DNA from: Eledone cirrhosa
Lineage: Eukaryota
NCBI GenBank assembly: GCA_964016885.1
Contig: OZ024760.1
Coordinates: 34,968,001-35,032,000 of the forward strand
Direction: 5' to 3'
Length of the DNA: 64,000 nucleotides
Part shown: piece by piece, positions 62,901-64,000 of the stretch
Layout of the letters: each line of letters begins with the position of its first letter
Numbering within the stretch: position 1 is the first letter of the stretch
The notes under the pieces: model-generated
What the model was told of the DNA's origin: nothing
Database searches by the model: none
Seen by the model: only the letters and a program-made list of their open reading frames with translations
Program-made: the position numbers and the translations under genes

Positions 62901-64000
62901 CTTCCCTATCCACTAATCCCACACAATCCCAGCGTGCATCTAAGATCCCGTTCCAGTCGCCCACTAACACTAAAGAGCGGGACGTTCCAAGAAAGGTCTC
63001 CAGACGCCGGAAGAAATCAGGTCGCCCTGCTCCTGTCGGGGCATAGACGGCCACTAACCTGAAAGCTTGCCCTTCTCCGCTGGTCACGTCCTGCACCACC
63101 AACTTACCTTCTGGGTCCAGGAAGATGGCCCGTATGGCAAGATCCAAACCTCTCCGAAAAAGCACAGCAACTCCTCCCCCGATCCCGGACGGCTGGGAGA
63201 TGCGTACACATCGTAGCCGCCGAAGATCGGTGCGAAGGCCCGTGCTTCGGAGATTCTGGTCTCGCTGATGGCCACTACATCTATGTTTAGTGACCTGAGG
63301 TCGTTGGCCCTGCTTCCATGACGACCCGAAGCCACGCACATTTATGCTGCCTATTCTGAGTGAGGTCATGTTGAAAAGGAATGGAAAAGATGGGAAAGAC
63401 CACTTACCTTACTTCTCGTAGGGGAAGGACGGTTTTTCCATCCTTTTCACTGCTTGTGGCCTCCTCAGGAAGGATGTCCTTATAAATCCTCCTGGAGAGT
63501 GCTTGTCGGAAGTCTCCGATGTCTTTGGGGAATTTTTGTTTTAGTGTCATGTACGTTTTCTGTGTGATGCGAGTGATTTGTATGTGTGGAGGTGGTGTGA
63601 ATTTTTGGGTTGTTGTGTAGTCTTTTCTGTGATGCTGGTGTTGTGTTGGATGTAGTGTAATAATTGCTTGTTGTTCAAATTTAATGCTGTGTAGTGTGTA
63701 TCGTTTTGGTTGTTTTGTTTTGTTTGCGTTTGTTGTGGGTTTGTTTGTTTCGCATTTTGGTGACTTTTGTGGTGTAGGTGATGGTGGTGTTGGGGTTAAT
63801 GATGGTGATGGTGTTGGTGTTTGGGTTGATGGGGTTGGTGATGCTGGTGTGGATGGTGGCATATCTGTCCTAACATTTTTGTTTGTTAATTTATTTGTTT
63901 CCCTCTGTATTTTGTTTTTGGAGGGGGAAGGAAGAGAATTTTTTCTTTTTTTGGTTTCTTTTTTTTTTTCCTGATACCGTTTCCCACTCCTCGTCGTCAC
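59935..64000 (-). mobile_element. L1/Tx1-clade LINE: degraded ORF2 (~60272-63369) and upstream ORF1 end (63404-64000)
   Basis: IGSINVRG, AISET, AVYAP, GDWN, DHK; KSPGLDG, RPITLLN, LDQSKAFDRVDH, VRQGCPLS, AYADD; CPRC..ET..HAL..C; (TAA)n tail; 49-bp tandem duplication near 60209-60306. Confidence 0.9.

Overview
AT-rich animal (metazoan) genomic DNA with no recognisable host protein-coding gene. The mix of (TA)n microsatellites, (GAT)n-tailed RTE LINEs and tRNA-derived Meta/CORE-type SINEs resembles octopus/cephalopod genomes (inference). The window is a nest of transposons: two Ty3/Gypsy LTR elements with tRNA-Trp PBS and -1 frameshift signals, several RTE LINEs (one nearly intact), an L1/Tx1 LINE, CR1, R4/Dong, hAT and Helitron remnants, a Tc1/mariner-type MITE, SINEs and a 71-bp satellite. 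The main hidden signal is a dense population of Penelope-like elements (PLEs) and their terminal repeats (pLTRs), usually sitting in (TA)n tracts. I read by eye 18 type I hammerhead-ribozyme (HHR) motifs in about 11 sequence families. Several have non-canonical catalytic cores kept in more than one copy (CAGAAGA, UUGANAA, CUGAGAA, GAAG). Most lie in fold-back inverted repeats of 0.1-2.6 kb, and in several cases the symmetry centre falls on the ribozyme itself. All structures were folded by eye, so activity is untested. The long Y/I/C/V-rich ORFs are microsatellite artefacts.
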